Below are positions 20,545-30,503 of a DNA stretch of 51,290 bases, piece after piece; position 1 is the first letter of the stretch, and each line of letters begins with the position of its first letter. A model generated the notes under the pieces. That model saw nothing but the letters and a program-made list of their open reading frames with translations. It searched no databases and was not told the DNA's origin. The stretch lies in sequence record SRR20825006_149; one strand, given 5' to 3'. The translations under genes were made by a program, and so were the position numbers.

Positions 20545-21519
20545 ATGAAATATCAGAAACTTGCCTTGACCTTAACTGCAATCGCCACTCTTGCGGTCGG
20601 CCAGGCAGAGGCCAAAACACGTTTGACTCTGGCCAATTCGCTGTCGGCGGACCACCCGACCAGCACCGCCCTGCAACAATTTGCTGATGAAGTCAAAGAA
20701 CGTACAGATGGCGAAGTTACCATTCAGCTGTTCTTAAATGCGGTTCTGGGGTCCGAGCGCGAAGTCCTCGAACAGCTTCAGAACGGTGCGGTTGACATGA
20801 CCCGTGTGAGCGCAGGCAACCTCGAAAACTTTGACCCGGTATTCAAGGCATTCACCCTGCCTTATATCTTCAAGGGCGAAGACCATTTCTATCGCGTCAT
20901 GACCGGACCGGTCGCAGACGAGGTCTATAACGCCACAGAAGGCAGCGGCTTTGTCGGCCTGACCTTCTTCGACAGCGGCGCACGTTCGTTCTATACCACC
21001 GATAAACCGATCAATACGCCAGAAGACCTTGCTGGCCAGAAAATCCGGGTTCTGAACTCCAACAGCTCGATCCGCATGGTCGAAATGATGGGGGGCTCCC
21101 CGACACCGATGCCCTACGCCGAAATCTATACTGCCCTGCAAATGGGCGTGATTGATGGTGCGGAAAACAACGTCACGGCTTTGACCATCGGTCGTCACGG
21201 CGAAGTCGCCAAATTCTATTCGCAGGACGAACATCTTCGCATTCCGGACTTCCTGGTGATCTCCAACGCGGCGGCAGAAAAACTCACCGACGAACAGAAC
21301 GCCATCGTCAAGGAAGCTGCTCTAAACGCGACTGAATCCTTCCGTGCGCTCTGGGACCAGGCCGTCAAGGATTCGACCGCAGAAGCAGAAAAGATGGGGG
21401 TGACCTTTGTCTCCCCGGATCAGGCCCCCTTCCGCGAAAAAGTCATGCCGCTGCTTGACGAGTATCGCAACGATCCGGATTTCGGCGGTCTTCTGACCCA
21501 GATTCTCGAAACCGAATAA
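20545..21519 (+). CDS. dctP: TRAP transporter substrate-binding protein
   Basis: Signal peptide, LGSEREVLEQLQ, GARSFY, KIRV and EIYTALQMGVIDGAENN; RBS GGGAGG before the ATG at 20545. Confidence 0.93.
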   Translation: MKYQKLALTLTAIATLAVGQAEAKTRLTLANSLSADHPTSTALQQFADEVKERTDGEVTIQLFLNAVLGSEREVLEQLQNGAVDMTRVSAGNLENFDPVFKAFTLPYIFKGEDHFYRVMTGPVADEVYNATEGSGFVGLTFFDSGARSFYTTDKPINTPEDLAGQKIRVLNSNSSIRMVEMMGGSPTPMPYAEIYTALQMGVIDGAENNVTALTIGRHGEVAKFYSQDEHLRIPDFLVISNAAAEKLTDEQNAIVKEAALNATESFRALWDQAVKDSTAEAEKMGVTFVSPDQAPFREKVMPLLDEYRNDPDFGGLLTQILETE

Positions 21520-21571
21520 TTTTCCGCTCCGCGCCACCAAATTCCTTCAGAAAAAACAGCGAGACATAATA

Positions 21572-22669
21572 ATGGGAACCGATACCGTCAGCCTTCACCA
21601 CGAATTGAAAGAGAAAATCTCTCAGATAGTGACAGGCTTACGTAACCTGCGAGACGAAGGACAATTCAACGAGCCGAACCTTGATGGAACAGCCGGTGAT
21701 TATGTCAGTTTCGATAGTTGGGAATGGCCACAGGGTGTCGGTCTGTATGGAATTGCACAACTCTGGCTCCAGACCAGAGACGCAGAAGCGCGGAGTATTC
21801 TGGAAAATTGGTACGAAAAACAGCTTTCCCGGGGCCTGCCGCCCCAGAATGTGAACACGACAGCCCCCATGCTGGCCCTGTCCATTCTGTGGCAGCAGAC
21901 CCGGGATCCTCGATGGGAACCTGTTCTTGACGATTGGGCAAACCGTCTGATCGCAGAAGCCCCGCGCACCACGTCCGGCGGGTTCCAGCACGATGTTTCA
22001 GACAAGATCAATAACGGCGAACTGTGGGACGATACCCTGTTCATGCTCGCCCTGTTTCTGGCATCCTACGGTCAGGCTTCCGGCCGAAAAGACCTGATCG
22101 ACGAAGCCAAATTCCAGTTTCTGGTCCACACCCACTATCTTTGCGAACCCGAAACCGGCCTGTGGTTCCATGGCTGGACCTTCGATGGAAATCACAATTT
22201 CGCCCGTGCGCGCTGGGCGCGCGGCAATTCATGGATTTCGGCAGGAATACTCGATCTTATTGATCTTGCCGATCTTGATGCCGCCACACGCCGCTATCTG
22301 CTATGGGTTGTCAAGGCACAGCTATCAAGCCTGATCGACTATCAGACCCAAAACGGCACATGGCACACACTGGTCGATGATCCAACTTCTTACGAGGAAA
22401 TCTCGGCAACCTCTGCAATCGGTTATGCGCTGCTCAAAGGATATCGGCTGGGCCTTGGCCCCGAAAGCTGGAAAACGGCCGGTCAAAAGGCTCTGCATGC
22501 CGTGCTTGGCAACATCGACAGTAATGGCGTCGTGCAACAGGTTTCCTACGGCACCCGCATGGGACATGACCTTGAATTCTACAAGAACATCCCCCTGCAC
22601 CCCACTGGCTATGGCCAATCCATGGCGCTTCTGTGTCTCGTCGAAGCTCTCAATCACATAAACGAATAG
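21572..22669 (+). CDS. Glycoside hydrolase family 105 (unsaturated uronyl hydrolase, YteR/YesR-like)
   Basis: WEWPQGVGLYG, LWDDTLFM, GLWFHGW, WARGNSW, EISAT and YGQS; no signal peptide. Confidence 0.88.
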   Translation: MGTDTVSLHHELKEKISQIVTGLRNLRDEGQFNEPNLDGTAGDYVSFDSWEWPQGVGLYGIAQLWLQTRDAEARSILENWYEKQLSRGLPPQNVNTTAPMLALSILWQQTRDPRWEPVLDDWANRLIAEAPRTTSGGFQHDVSDKINNGELWDDTLFMLALFLASYGQASGRKDLIDEAKFQFLVHTHYLCEPETGLWFHGWTFDGNHNFARARWARGNSWISAGILDLIDLADLDAATRRYLLWVVKAQLSSLIDYQTQNGTWHTLVDDPTSYEEISATSAIGYALLKGYRLGLGPESWKTAGQKALHAVLGNIDSNGVVQQVSYGTRMGHDLEFYKNIPLHPTGYGQSMALLCLVEALNHINE

Positions 22670-22693
22670 AATTGCGCTTCAACTGAAGTTTCG

Positions 22694-22728
22694 AAAGCCC
22701 CTGTCCGCATTGCGACAGGGGCTCTTTT
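22694..22728. terminator. Terminator hairpin between convergent genes (probably bidirectional)
   Basis: AGCCCCTGTC-N8-GACAGGGGCT with AA on the left and CTTTT on the right. Confidence 0.75.
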
Positions 22729-22736
22729 ATAAGTTT

Positions 22737-23795
22737 TCAGCGAAGCCTATCGGCCAAAATCGAACCAAAATCACGACAAGACAATGATCCGGCAAGGTCT
22801 GCTGTTCGCGTTTCCGGATTTTTCAGCATTTCGGAAATTGTCTTATCCAGCCTGTTTGCAGCCTGCTGCAAATCGCTGCGACCGGTTTCTGCCCCCTTCC
22901 AATCCAGAAGCAGAACGGTCGACAGCAAAAGCGATACGGGGTTGGCGATATTCTTGCCTGCAATATCGGGGGCTGAACCATGCGATGCCTGCGCAATCGC
23001 ATTTTCATCCCCGACATTGAGTGACCCGGAAAGCCCAAGCCCACCGGCCAGCTCCGCCGCCTCATTCGAAAGGATGTCGCCAAACATGTTGGTCGTTACA
23101 ATCACGTCAAACGCATCTGGCGTTCTGACCAGAAGTGATGCCATCGCATCAACATGTTCTTCGCGAACCGTAAGTCCGCCCTGCTCGGCTGCGGCTTTCT
23201 CTGCTTCGGATAAAAACAGACCGTCGCTAAGTTTTAAAACATTGGCTTTGTGCACAATGGTCAGATGCCCGCGACGTTTGGCCGCAAGACGTGCAGCAAA
23301 TGCCGACACCCGATAACTTCCCTGGCGCGTCACCTTGCGCATCGCCAGCGCAAGATCAGGGGTTGGCATCACCTCGCCGGTGCCCGCATACATGGTGCGA
23401 TCGGCATAAAAACCTTCTGTGTTCTCACGCACAATCACTAGATCCATATTCCGGGCCAAAGCAGGAAGACCTTCAAACACCTTCGAAGGCCTTACATTGG
23501 CATACAGATCAAGATTGATGCGCAATGCCGCAGAAGGATTGATCCCACCCTGATCTGCCGGAGGATAATGCGCGGTATCAACCGGTCCCAGAATGGTCAG
23601 ATCAGCCTTGCGGGCACGCTCGATCAATTCCGGGGTAATGGTGGCACCGTGTTTTTCCAATGATGCAAATCCGACATCTTCGCTGGTAAATTTTAATCCC
23701 AGCGAAAACGAACGATCCAATGCCTCAAGCACATTGCGGGTGACAGCCGTAATTTCCGGTCCGATCCCGTCGCCCGGCAATAAAAGAACATCCAC
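22737..23795 (-). CDS. Isocitrate/isopropylmalate dehydrogenase-family protein, substrate unknown
   Basis: PGDGIGPEI, LYANVRP, VRENTEGFY, HKANV, NMFGDILS and HGSAPDIAG; GTG start after GGAGG. Confidence 0.88.
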   Translation of the reverse strand: MDVLLLPGDGIGPEITAVTRNVLEALDRSFSLGLKFTSEDVGFASLEKHGATITPELIERARKADLTILGPVDTAHYPPADQGGINPSAALRINLDLYANVRPSKVFEGLPALARNMDLVIVRENTEGFYADRTMYAGTGEVMPTPDLALAMRKVTRQGSYRVSAFAARLAAKRRGHLTIVHKANVLKLSDGLFLSEAEKAAAEQGGLTVREEHVDAMASLLVRTPDAFDVIVTTNMFGDILSNEAAELAGGLGLSGSLNVGDENAIAQASHGSAPDIAGKNIANPVSLLLSTVLLLDWKGAETGRSDLQQAANRLDKTISEMLKNPETRTADLAGSLSCRDFGSILADRLR

Positions 23796-23799
23796 GACC

Positions 23800-24921
23800 C
23801 TAAACCTCCGTCAGAATATTTTCAGGAACAAGAACCCGACCTTCAAACAACCGGCGTGCGGTGCGGATCACCCCGCCGGAAATCACCGAAAGATTTGGTC
23901 CCGATCCTTCGATGGTAAGTTCCACCGCAATCATGCCACTTGGATGTTCAATCTGAATCCACTGTTGCGGCAAGGCCTTGAGACTGATCATACCATCAAC
24001 GATGCTTCCTGAAAGTGATGCGCAACTGGCAACACAAATCGCACCGGTCACCGCATGGGTTGCATGGCAATTATGCGGCACAAAATAGCGCGATGTAATA
24101 TCGCCACCTTTTGTCGGCTCGGACAGAATGGCCATTTTCGGAACAACCTTACCGGTACAATCGCCAAGCCCCATTAGTTCCGATGCTTTGCGGCGCACGG
24201 CTTCCATCCGCGCAATCAGTTCTGCATTGCCGTCAAGCTGCGCCTTTGTTTCGTTCCCCGTTATTCCAAGATCGCGGGCGCGAAACATCACCATCGGAAC
24301 CGCCACATCAATACAGGTCACTTCAAGCCCGTCGATATAGTTGATCGGTTTCCCCGTTGGCAGGAGCCGACCGGTTTTGCTGCCCATGATATCCTTGAAC
24401 CGCAATATCAGCGGGGACGCAGTCCCGGGCACGCCATCAATCGCCGCATCCCCGCTATAAGTCACCTTTCCGCCGGGTGTCGCAACCAGGACATCAACCA
24501 ATGCACCGACATTTTTATTGTAAATGCGGACCAGCGTTTGATCCCCTGTAACCGGCACCAAACCGGCCTCAATCGCAAACGGGGCAACTGCCGCGGTCAT
24601 GTTCCCGCAATTCGGATTTACGTCAACCTCTGCCCTGTCGATGGCTACCTGGGCAAACAGGAACTCGACATCTGCATCCGGTCGGCTGGATGGCGCAACA
24701 ATGCATGATTTGCTGGTTAACGTATCGGCACCGCCAATTCCATCAATCTGACGTTTGTCTGGTGACCCCATCGCCGCAAGCAAAAGACGATCACGCGCGG
24801 CAACGTCTTCGGGCAAATCACTGGCCAAAAAGATCGGCCCTTTTGATGTTCCGCCGCGCATCATGACGCAGGGAACGGCATGTTGGTCATTCACAATCAC
24901 GGTATTTTTCATGTCGATCAC
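23800..24921 (-). CDS. PrpF/GalD-family isomerase (4-oxalomesaconate tautomerase/aconitate isomerase-like)
   Basis: MRGGTSKG, QIDGIGG, NCGNM, GDAAIDGVPGT, HPSG and RTARRLFEG. Confidence 0.88.
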   Translation of the reverse strand: MIDMKNTVIVNDQHAVPCVMMRGGTSKGPIFLASDLPEDVAARDRLLLAAMGSPDKRQIDGIGGADTLTSKSCIVAPSSRPDADVEFLFAQVAIDRAEVDVNPNCGNMTAAVAPFAIEAGLVPVTGDQTLVRIYNKNVGALVDVLVATPGGKVTYSGDAAIDGVPGTASPLILRFKDIMGSKTGRLLPTGKPINYIDGLEVTCIDVAVPMVMFRARDLGITGNETKAQLDGNAELIARMEAVRRKASELMGLGDCTGKVVPKMAILSEPTKGGDITSRYFVPHNCHATHAVTGAICVASCASLSGSIVDGMISLKALPQQWIQIEHPSGMIAVELTIEGSGPNLSVISGGVIRTARRLFEGRVLVPENILTEV

Positions 24922-26897
24922 CCCAGCGGCCAGGGAAGTTCAATCAGGTCCTGAAGCATCCCGGCCGGGAAATCGAGAACCAGTGACCACGCAAGAACAC
25001 AAAGCCCGCCAATCGCAAGCCCGGTTAAAAGCAACGTCCGAAGCCACGATGCCTTTGCCTTGACCCGAAGGAAGGCCATGAAGAACCCGGTAATCGCAAT
25101 CAGGAACCCAAACACGGCGGTTGCGGCAACCATTCCGGCAACCCAAAAAACGTAGTGCCAAAGACCTGCGGTCGGCTTCACGTCCTGATGTTCAAGGTCA
25201 AATTCATGATCAAAATTGGCCGCATGGGACGGTGGCGATACAATCAATTGCCAGATCAAAATCGCCGAAACGACGAACATCACCACCGAAACCGCACCGG
25301 TAAAGACACTGCCAAGGAAGGAATGCTGCGTTGCATCCCAAATTCCGAACGCAAAGAACGCCAGAAGCACGCCCGCAAACAGGATTTGCGGCCAGCGTTT
25401 CGGATTGTGGGAATGGCTGCTTTCTTCTTCTTCAACCGGATTTACCGGGTGTTTGCGCATCCCCATAAGAACGGAAATGACTGTCAAAGCCGCGATAATT
25501 ACCACACCTGGACGGGTCAAGAATTCCCAGTTGTAGAATTGCAGGGCCTGATAAAGATAGGTTTCCGTGTTGGATGCGAGCACAAAACCAATCAGAAACG
25601 CCGGGCGAGGCCAGCCAAAGCGTTTCATCAGCACGCCAAGAACACCAAGCACCAACAAGGCGATCATATCGGAAAGGGAACGCGTCGCCTGAAACGCGGC
25701 AAAGCAGATCACCGTAATCATGAACGGCGCAAGGTAACCGTATTTGATTGTCGTCAGGCGTGAAACGAAAGGCGAAATCAGCAATGCACCACCAGCACCA
25801 ACGACATTGGCAATCGCAAGCGACCAGATGATCGTGTAGGTGATATCAAGATCGCGCCCGACCATTGCAGGGCCGGCTTCAAGACCAATCAGGACCATAC
25901 CGCCAAGGAAAACAGCCATGCTGCCCGATCCGGGAATACCAAACAGCAGCGTGGGAACAAGCCCGCCGCCCTCCTTGGCATTGTTTGCGCTTTCCGGTGC
26001 CAGGACACCACGAATATCGCCCTTGCCGAATTGCGATTTGTCTTTTGCGGTCTGGACCACATGACCATAGGCGATCCAGTCGACAACACTTCCGCCAAGC
26101 CCGGGCAGGGCCCCGACAATACTGCCAAGACCGGCACAACGCAGGCACAACCATTTGTGACGGATCATATCCCGAACGCCGTCGCGCCACCCCAGACCAA
26201 GGGTGCCCTTATCAGAAATAGATCGATTTTGCCGGCACAGGTCGATGATTTCAGGGAACGCAAACATGCCCAGCCCGACAATGACGAGTGGCAGACCATC
26301 CATCAGATAAACAGAGTCAAAGCTCATGCGGAGTTCGCCGGTGGCCGGAGCCGCACCAAGCGCCCCCAGCAGCAAGCCAAGGCCCGCAGCAATCACGCCT
26401 TTAGGCAGGCTTTTACCGGCAAGAACGCCGACCATCGACAGACCAAGAACAGCCAGCATAAAGAGTTCGGCCGAACCAAATGCCAGGATCAGAGGCCGCG
26501 CGATCACGACAAAGCCGGTCAGGATAACAGCCCCCACCAGTCCCCCGACCAAGGATGCCGAAAATGCAGCCCCCAGCGCACGGGCACCATGGCCTTTTTT
26601 GGCCAAAGGAAAACCATCAAGAACTGTTGCTTGTGATGCACTTGATCCCGGTATCCCCATCAAGACAGATGTAAAGGTATCCGAGGTCGGGATAACAGCA
26701 ACAAGACCGATCAACATGGCAAGTGCCGAAATCTGGTCCATGCCATAAATGAAAGGTAACAGAAGAGACAGCCCGACAATTCCGCCCAGACCGGGCAGAA
26801 TGCCGACAATCATGCCCATTCCAACCCCCAGCAAAAGATACATCAGATGGGTTGGCTGCGCGAAATGAGACAGTGCCGTCATCATTGCATCAAGCAT
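24918..26897 (-). CDS. tctA: Tripartite tricarboxylate transporter permease TctA with fused C-terminal TctB-like domain
   Basis: GILPGLGG, GIPGS, PESANNA and PTLLFGIPGS. About 160 extra C-terminal residues carry several TM helices; no separate tctB in the operon. Confidence 0.88.
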   Translation of the reverse strand: MLDAMMTALSHFAQPTHLMYLLLGVGMGMIVGILPGLGGIVGLSLLLPFIYGMDQISALAMLIGLVAVIPTSDTFTSVLMGIPGSSASQATVLDGFPLAKKGHGARALGAAFSASLVGGLVGAVILTGFVVIARPLILAFGSAELFMLAVLGLSMVGVLAGKSLPKGVIAAGLGLLLGALGAAPATGELRMSFDSVYLMDGLPLVIVGLGMFAFPEIIDLCRQNRSISDKGTLGLGWRDGVRDMIRHKWLCLRCAGLGSIVGALPGLGGSVVDWIAYGHVVQTAKDKSQFGKGDIRGVLAPESANNAKEGGGLVPTLLFGIPGSGSMAVFLGGMVLIGLEAGPAMVGRDLDITYTIIWSLAIANVVGAGGALLISPFVSRLTTIKYGYLAPFMITVICFAAFQATRSLSDMIALLVLGVLGVLMKRFGWPRPAFLIGFVLASNTETYLYQALQFYNWEFLTRPGVVIIAALTVISVLMGMRKHPVNPVEEEESSHSHNPKRWPQILFAGVLLAFFAFGIWDATQHSFLGSVFTGAVSVVMFVVSAILIWQLIVSPPSHAANFDHEFDLEHQDVKPTAGLWHYVFWVAGMVAATAVFGFLIAITGFFMAFLRVKAKASWLRTLLLTGLAIGGLCVLAWSLVLDFPAGMLQDLIELPWPLG

Positions 26898-26962
26898 CAG
26901 GAAACTCCGTCAAAAGACAAAGTTCGCCCGTTCCCTTGAAACGACCAGACAGTCGCAGGGTG

Positions 26963-26991
26963 AAAAAAGCGGGGTGGACAAGGCCACCCCG
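26963..26991 (-). terminator. Intercistronic terminator-like hairpin between tctC and tctA
   Basis: Minus strand CGGGGTGG-CCTTGT-CCACCCCG-C-TTTTTT. Confidence 0.55.
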
Positions 26992-27021
26992 ATCAGGAAA
27001 CGGGAGACTTCAGATTTTCAG

Positions 27022-28122
27022 TTAGAACTGAACCGAATATTTATCGGTCAGCCATTTTTGCACCCACTCACGGGCTTCTTCTGGAACGTTCACAGCCGTG
27101 CGGAAAATACGCTCTGCAGGCTCGCCAACGATCTGTTTGTATTCGCCAAGCGTTGCCTGTCGATCCGCGACAAAGCTCTCATCTTGGGTTGCGGCCTGTG
27201 CGGCATCACGATAGGCCTGCACGATTTCCTCAGGCGTATCTTTTGGCAGGAAGACCATTTTCTGAGCCGGGAAACCGGCAATGAAAAAGGCTTTGTAAGC
27301 ATCCCAGGCGGGACCTGAAGGTTTTTCACCCTTCATCATCTCGTATGCTTCCGGGAAACTTGGCAGGTCGGGGAAGGAAGGATCGCGCACGATATTGCCG
27401 TCATCGTCGATCGCCCCCCACGAGAACAGCGGAACAGCGCTGCCGATATCAACAAGTGGTGTAACGTTGTTAATAAACGCCGACGAAGTCTGGTAATCGA
27501 TGTTGACTTCGCCACGCTCAAAGGCAAGACGACCGGCCCCTCGGCCTTTCATGCCAAACACGGCATCGACATCAAGTCCCAGCAGCTCAAACGCTAGCAA
27601 CGGAACCAGATCAAGGGACGTCGCGCCCTGACTACCATAACGCAACTTGACGGTTTCAAGTGCTTTCATGTCAGCAGCCGACTTAAGACCCAGATCGGAA
27701 TTCACATAAACAACACCACCCGTCGGCGAAGCCAAAACCACGCGCCAGTCACGCATTTCATATTGCACGCGTTTGTCGCGCAACAGATACGGAAACTGGG
27801 TTGAGCCGGAAGTTCCGATGGCGGTCAATCCATCAGGTTTGGCGCGGGCTTCAAACTGGTTCGCCCCCGAAGTCGAACCGCCGCCCGGAATGTTCTTGAC
27901 GACAACGGTCGGGTTTCCCGGCAGAAAGACGCTGAAATACGGTGCCCAGAACCGGCCCCAGGTATCAGTCCCCCCACCTTCACCGAACGGAATAATCAGT
28001 TCGACACGATCCCCGGCAAAGTCGGCATCCTGTGCGGTTGCTGTACCGGCAAAGCCAAAAGCAATTGCCGCAGCCGCACACGCGGTTTTGAATGATTGAT
28101 TAACGGTTTTTCCCCATGACAT
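27022..28122 (-). CDS. tctC: Tripartite tricarboxylate transporter substrate-binding protein (Bug/TctC)
   Basis: Signal peptide ending ATA-Q, IPFGEGGGTD, VVKNIPGGGS and KPDGLT; ATG at 28122 after GGAGGG. Confidence 0.88.
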   Translation of the reverse strand: MSWGKTVNQSFKTACAAAAIAFGFAGTATAQDADFAGDRVELIIPFGEGGGTDTWGRFWAPYFSVFLPGNPTVVVKNIPGGGSTSGANQFEARAKPDGLTAIGTSGSTQFPYLLRDKRVQYEMRDWRVVLASPTGGVVYVNSDLGLKSAADMKALETVKLRYGSQGATSLDLVPLLAFELLGLDVDAVFGMKGRGAGRLAFERGEVNIDYQTSSAFINNVTPLVDIGSAVPLFSWGAIDDDGNIVRDPSFPDLPSFPEAYEMMKGEKPSGPAWDAYKAFFIAGFPAQKMVFLPKDTPEEIVQAYRDAAQAATQDESFVADRQATLGEYKQIVGEPAERIFRTAVNVPEEAREWVQKWLTDKYSVQF

Positions 28123-28297
28123 TGGGCTTTCCCTCCATAACGGTTGTTTTCTCTCGAACGGAAGGAAGAAGCGCGTGACGCACAGACATGCATCAAGTGT
28201 CGATTTCCTCCCATTCAGGCTTTCGGCTGTTATTGTTCTTCTGACCGGTCGTTGCCGGGAGTGCCGTTTGCCTATGACGCAAAATCTAAACGAAAAA

Positions 28298-28316
28298 GCT
28301 GTCAGTTTGCTGTCTA
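28298..28316. promoter_or_regulatory. OmpR/PhoB-type direct repeat (candidate TctD site)
   Basis: GCTGTCAGTTT-GCTGTCTA with 11-bp period, between divergent tctC and tctD. Confidence 0.45.
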
Positions 28317-28365
28317 GGGTCAAATTTTTCATTTTCGAAGTCGTTTTCGGTGTTATTTAGGCAGA

Positions 28366-29028
28366 ATGCGTATCCTGATCGTAGAAGATAACCTTGTTCT
28401 GGCTGACAAAATCGCTGCTGCCCTGCGGCAGACCGATCATGCTGTCGATCTGGTTCATGATGGCGAAGATGCTCTTCGACTTGTTCTGCAAGAAACCTTT
28501 GATCTTCTGATTCTCGATTTGTCGCTTCCGGGACTGGACGGGATTGAAATTCTGAAAACCGTGCGCGCGCGCAAAATCAATTTGCCCGTCATGATCCTGA
28601 CCGCACGCGGCAATCTGGATGAACGTGTCGCCGGTCTGGATGCCGGGGCAGACGATTATATGATCAAACCGTTCGAGCTATCGGAACTCGAAGCCCGTGC
28701 CCGCGCACTTTTACGACGCAATATCGGGCAGCGTAATCCCGCCATCACGGTTGGAAAACTGACATTCAATTCGGTGGACCGGTCCGTCACGATTGATGGA
28801 CAGCCCGTTTCGCTAACACCGCGCGAACGTGGTGTGCTGGAAATCCTGCTGCTGAACGTAAGCCAGGTGATCAGCAAGGAAAAAATCGCCCTGCATCTGT
28901 TCGGTTTTGATGATGAGGCCAGCGTAAAATCCATCGAACTTTACATCAGTCGCCTGCGCAAAAAAATTGCATCAGGTGATGTCGAAGTCCGGACTATTCG
29001 CGGACTTGGCTATATGATTGACGAATGA
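28366..29028 (+). CDS. tctD: OmpR-family response regulator TctD
   Basis: Receiver domain (LDLSLPGLDG, GADDYMIKPF) and winged helix (IELYISRLRKK, TIRGLGY); divergent from tctC. Confidence 0.85.
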   Translation: MRILIVEDNLVLADKIAAALRQTDHAVDLVHDGEDALRLVLQETFDLLILDLSLPGLDGIEILKTVRARKINLPVMILTARGNLDERVAGLDAGADDYMIKPFELSELEARARALLRRNIGQRNPAITVGKLTFNSVDRSVTIDGQPVSLTPRERGVLEILLLNVSQVISKEKIALHLFGFDDEASVKSIELYISRLRKKIASGDVEVRTIRGLGYMIDE

Positions 29029-30434
29029 CCGAAAACGCTACCGCCATATCAACATCATTGCGCGCAAGGCTCCTGCGCTGGCTTTTGCTGCCTGGATTAA
29101 TGCTGGCATTCGGGCTGCTGGCCAAAAACTATCTGACCGTTAGCGAAATGGCCAACCGTATTCAGGACCGGCTTCTGGTTGCACTGGCGGTAACGATTTC
29201 CGAACATGCAATCAATTCAAGGGGCGATTTGCTATCGCGTGATATCGAGCTGCTGCTCGAGCAATTCACCCGCGAAAACACATATTACCGCGTACAGGGT
29301 CCGGACGGGGCGTTTGTGACGGGGGATTCTGGTCTGCCACGACTGCCCGCTGGCATTACTCTGGAACCGGGTGTCCCCCATTTCTATAACGCACACTATC
29401 GCAACGAGGACGTACGCGCGGTAACCATGAAATATCTGGTTTCCAATCCGTCGTCGAACATCTATGGCTGGGTCACCATTGATGTCAGCCAGACCCGTCG
29501 TGAACGCGATAATCTGATTTATGACGAACTTCTGGGATCGACCACTGATTTTCTGGTTCTGATGTTTCTCGGCGGCGTTTTCGCGTGGATCGGCGTTTCA
29601 CGCGGACTTGCCCCCCTAAGACGCCTTCAACAGGCAATCCGCCGCAGATCCACTGATGATTTGCGGCCAATTCGCCATGCCATGCCCAAGGAAGTCACCG
29701 AGGTCGTCAGATCTCTAAATGCACTTTTGGCACGCCTGGAAAGCTCAATCACGGCCAATCAGCGTTTCATCGCCGATGCATCACACCAGCTACGTACCCC
29801 GCTTGCGACAGTACAGGCCGAAGCCGAATGGGCTTTGCGCAATGCCAGCGACCAACAAGACCGTCAAGCTCTTGAACGTATCGTCAGTCAAACCCGTCAG
29901 ACGGCCAGACTTGCCAACCAGCTTCTGAACCTCGCGCGGGTGTCACCGGAAGGCCGAAAGGCTGTCCGCTACGAGAAGACTGATCTCTTGGCCCTTGCCG
30001 CCTCGGTGACATCCGGGATGGTTCGTCATGCCATCCGCCACAATATTGATCTTGGCTTCGACGATCAAAGCGAGGGCATGAGCTGTGAAATTGAAACAGG
30101 AAACGAAGTTCTGCTTCAGGAAATGCTTTGCAACCTGATCGAGAATGCAATCGTCTATGGCAATCCCGGTACGATTGTGACGGTGCGCGTCATTGGTCGC
30201 GGCGTTGCTGTAGGTCCGGTTCTCGAGGTTGAAGACAACGGCCCCGGTATCCCGGAAAAAGACCGCGATACGGTTCTGGAACGGTTCGTGCGCCTTGATG
30301 AGCAAAACGGACAAGGATGTGGCCTTGGACTGGCTATTGTCAAAGAAGTTGCCAACGCACATCAGGCCGTTATGTCCCTTGAAGACGGCAAAGACGGTGT
30401 CGGCCTCAAGGTGCGGATTGCATTCCCGCGCTAA
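29025..30434 (+). CDS. tctE: Sensor histidine kinase TctE
   Basis: 2CSK_N-like periplasmic domain, HAMP, H-box ADASHQLRTPL, NLIENA, DNGPGIP and GLGLAIV. Confidence 0.85.
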   Translation: MTENATAISTSLRARLLRWLLLPGLMLAFGLLAKNYLTVSEMANRIQDRLLVALAVTISEHAINSRGDLLSRDIELLLEQFTRENTYYRVQGPDGAFVTGDSGLPRLPAGITLEPGVPHFYNAHYRNEDVRAVTMKYLVSNPSSNIYGWVTIDVSQTRRERDNLIYDELLGSTTDFLVLMFLGGVFAWIGVSRGLAPLRRLQQAIRRRSTDDLRPIRHAMPKEVTEVVRSLNALLARLESSITANQRFIADASHQLRTPLATVQAEAEWALRNASDQQDRQALERIVSQTRQTARLANQLLNLARVSPEGRKAVRYEKTDLLALAASVTSGMVRHAIRHNIDLGFDDQSEGMSCEIETGNEVLLQEMLCNLIENAIVYGNPGTIVTVRVIGRGVAVGPVLEVEDNGPGIPEKDRDTVLERFVRLDEQNGQGCGLGLAIVKEVANAHQAVMSLEDGKDGVGLKVRIAFPR

Positions 30435-30456
30435 CCGGTTCTATCTGTCTCGTTGC

Positions 30457-30498
30457 AGACGAAAGACCGGCACGTCGTGCGCCGGTCTTTTGTCTTTT
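30457..30498. terminator. Terminator between convergent tctE and tcuB
   Basis: AGAC-G-AAAGACCGGC-N9-GCCGGTCTTT-T-GTCT followed by TTTT. Confidence 0.75.
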
Positions 30499-30503
30499 GA
30501 CAT

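Noticed and set aside
22737-23795. Calling the dehydrogenase leuB or icd
   Set aside because: No leuCD context and active-site motifs deviate, so only the family can be supported.
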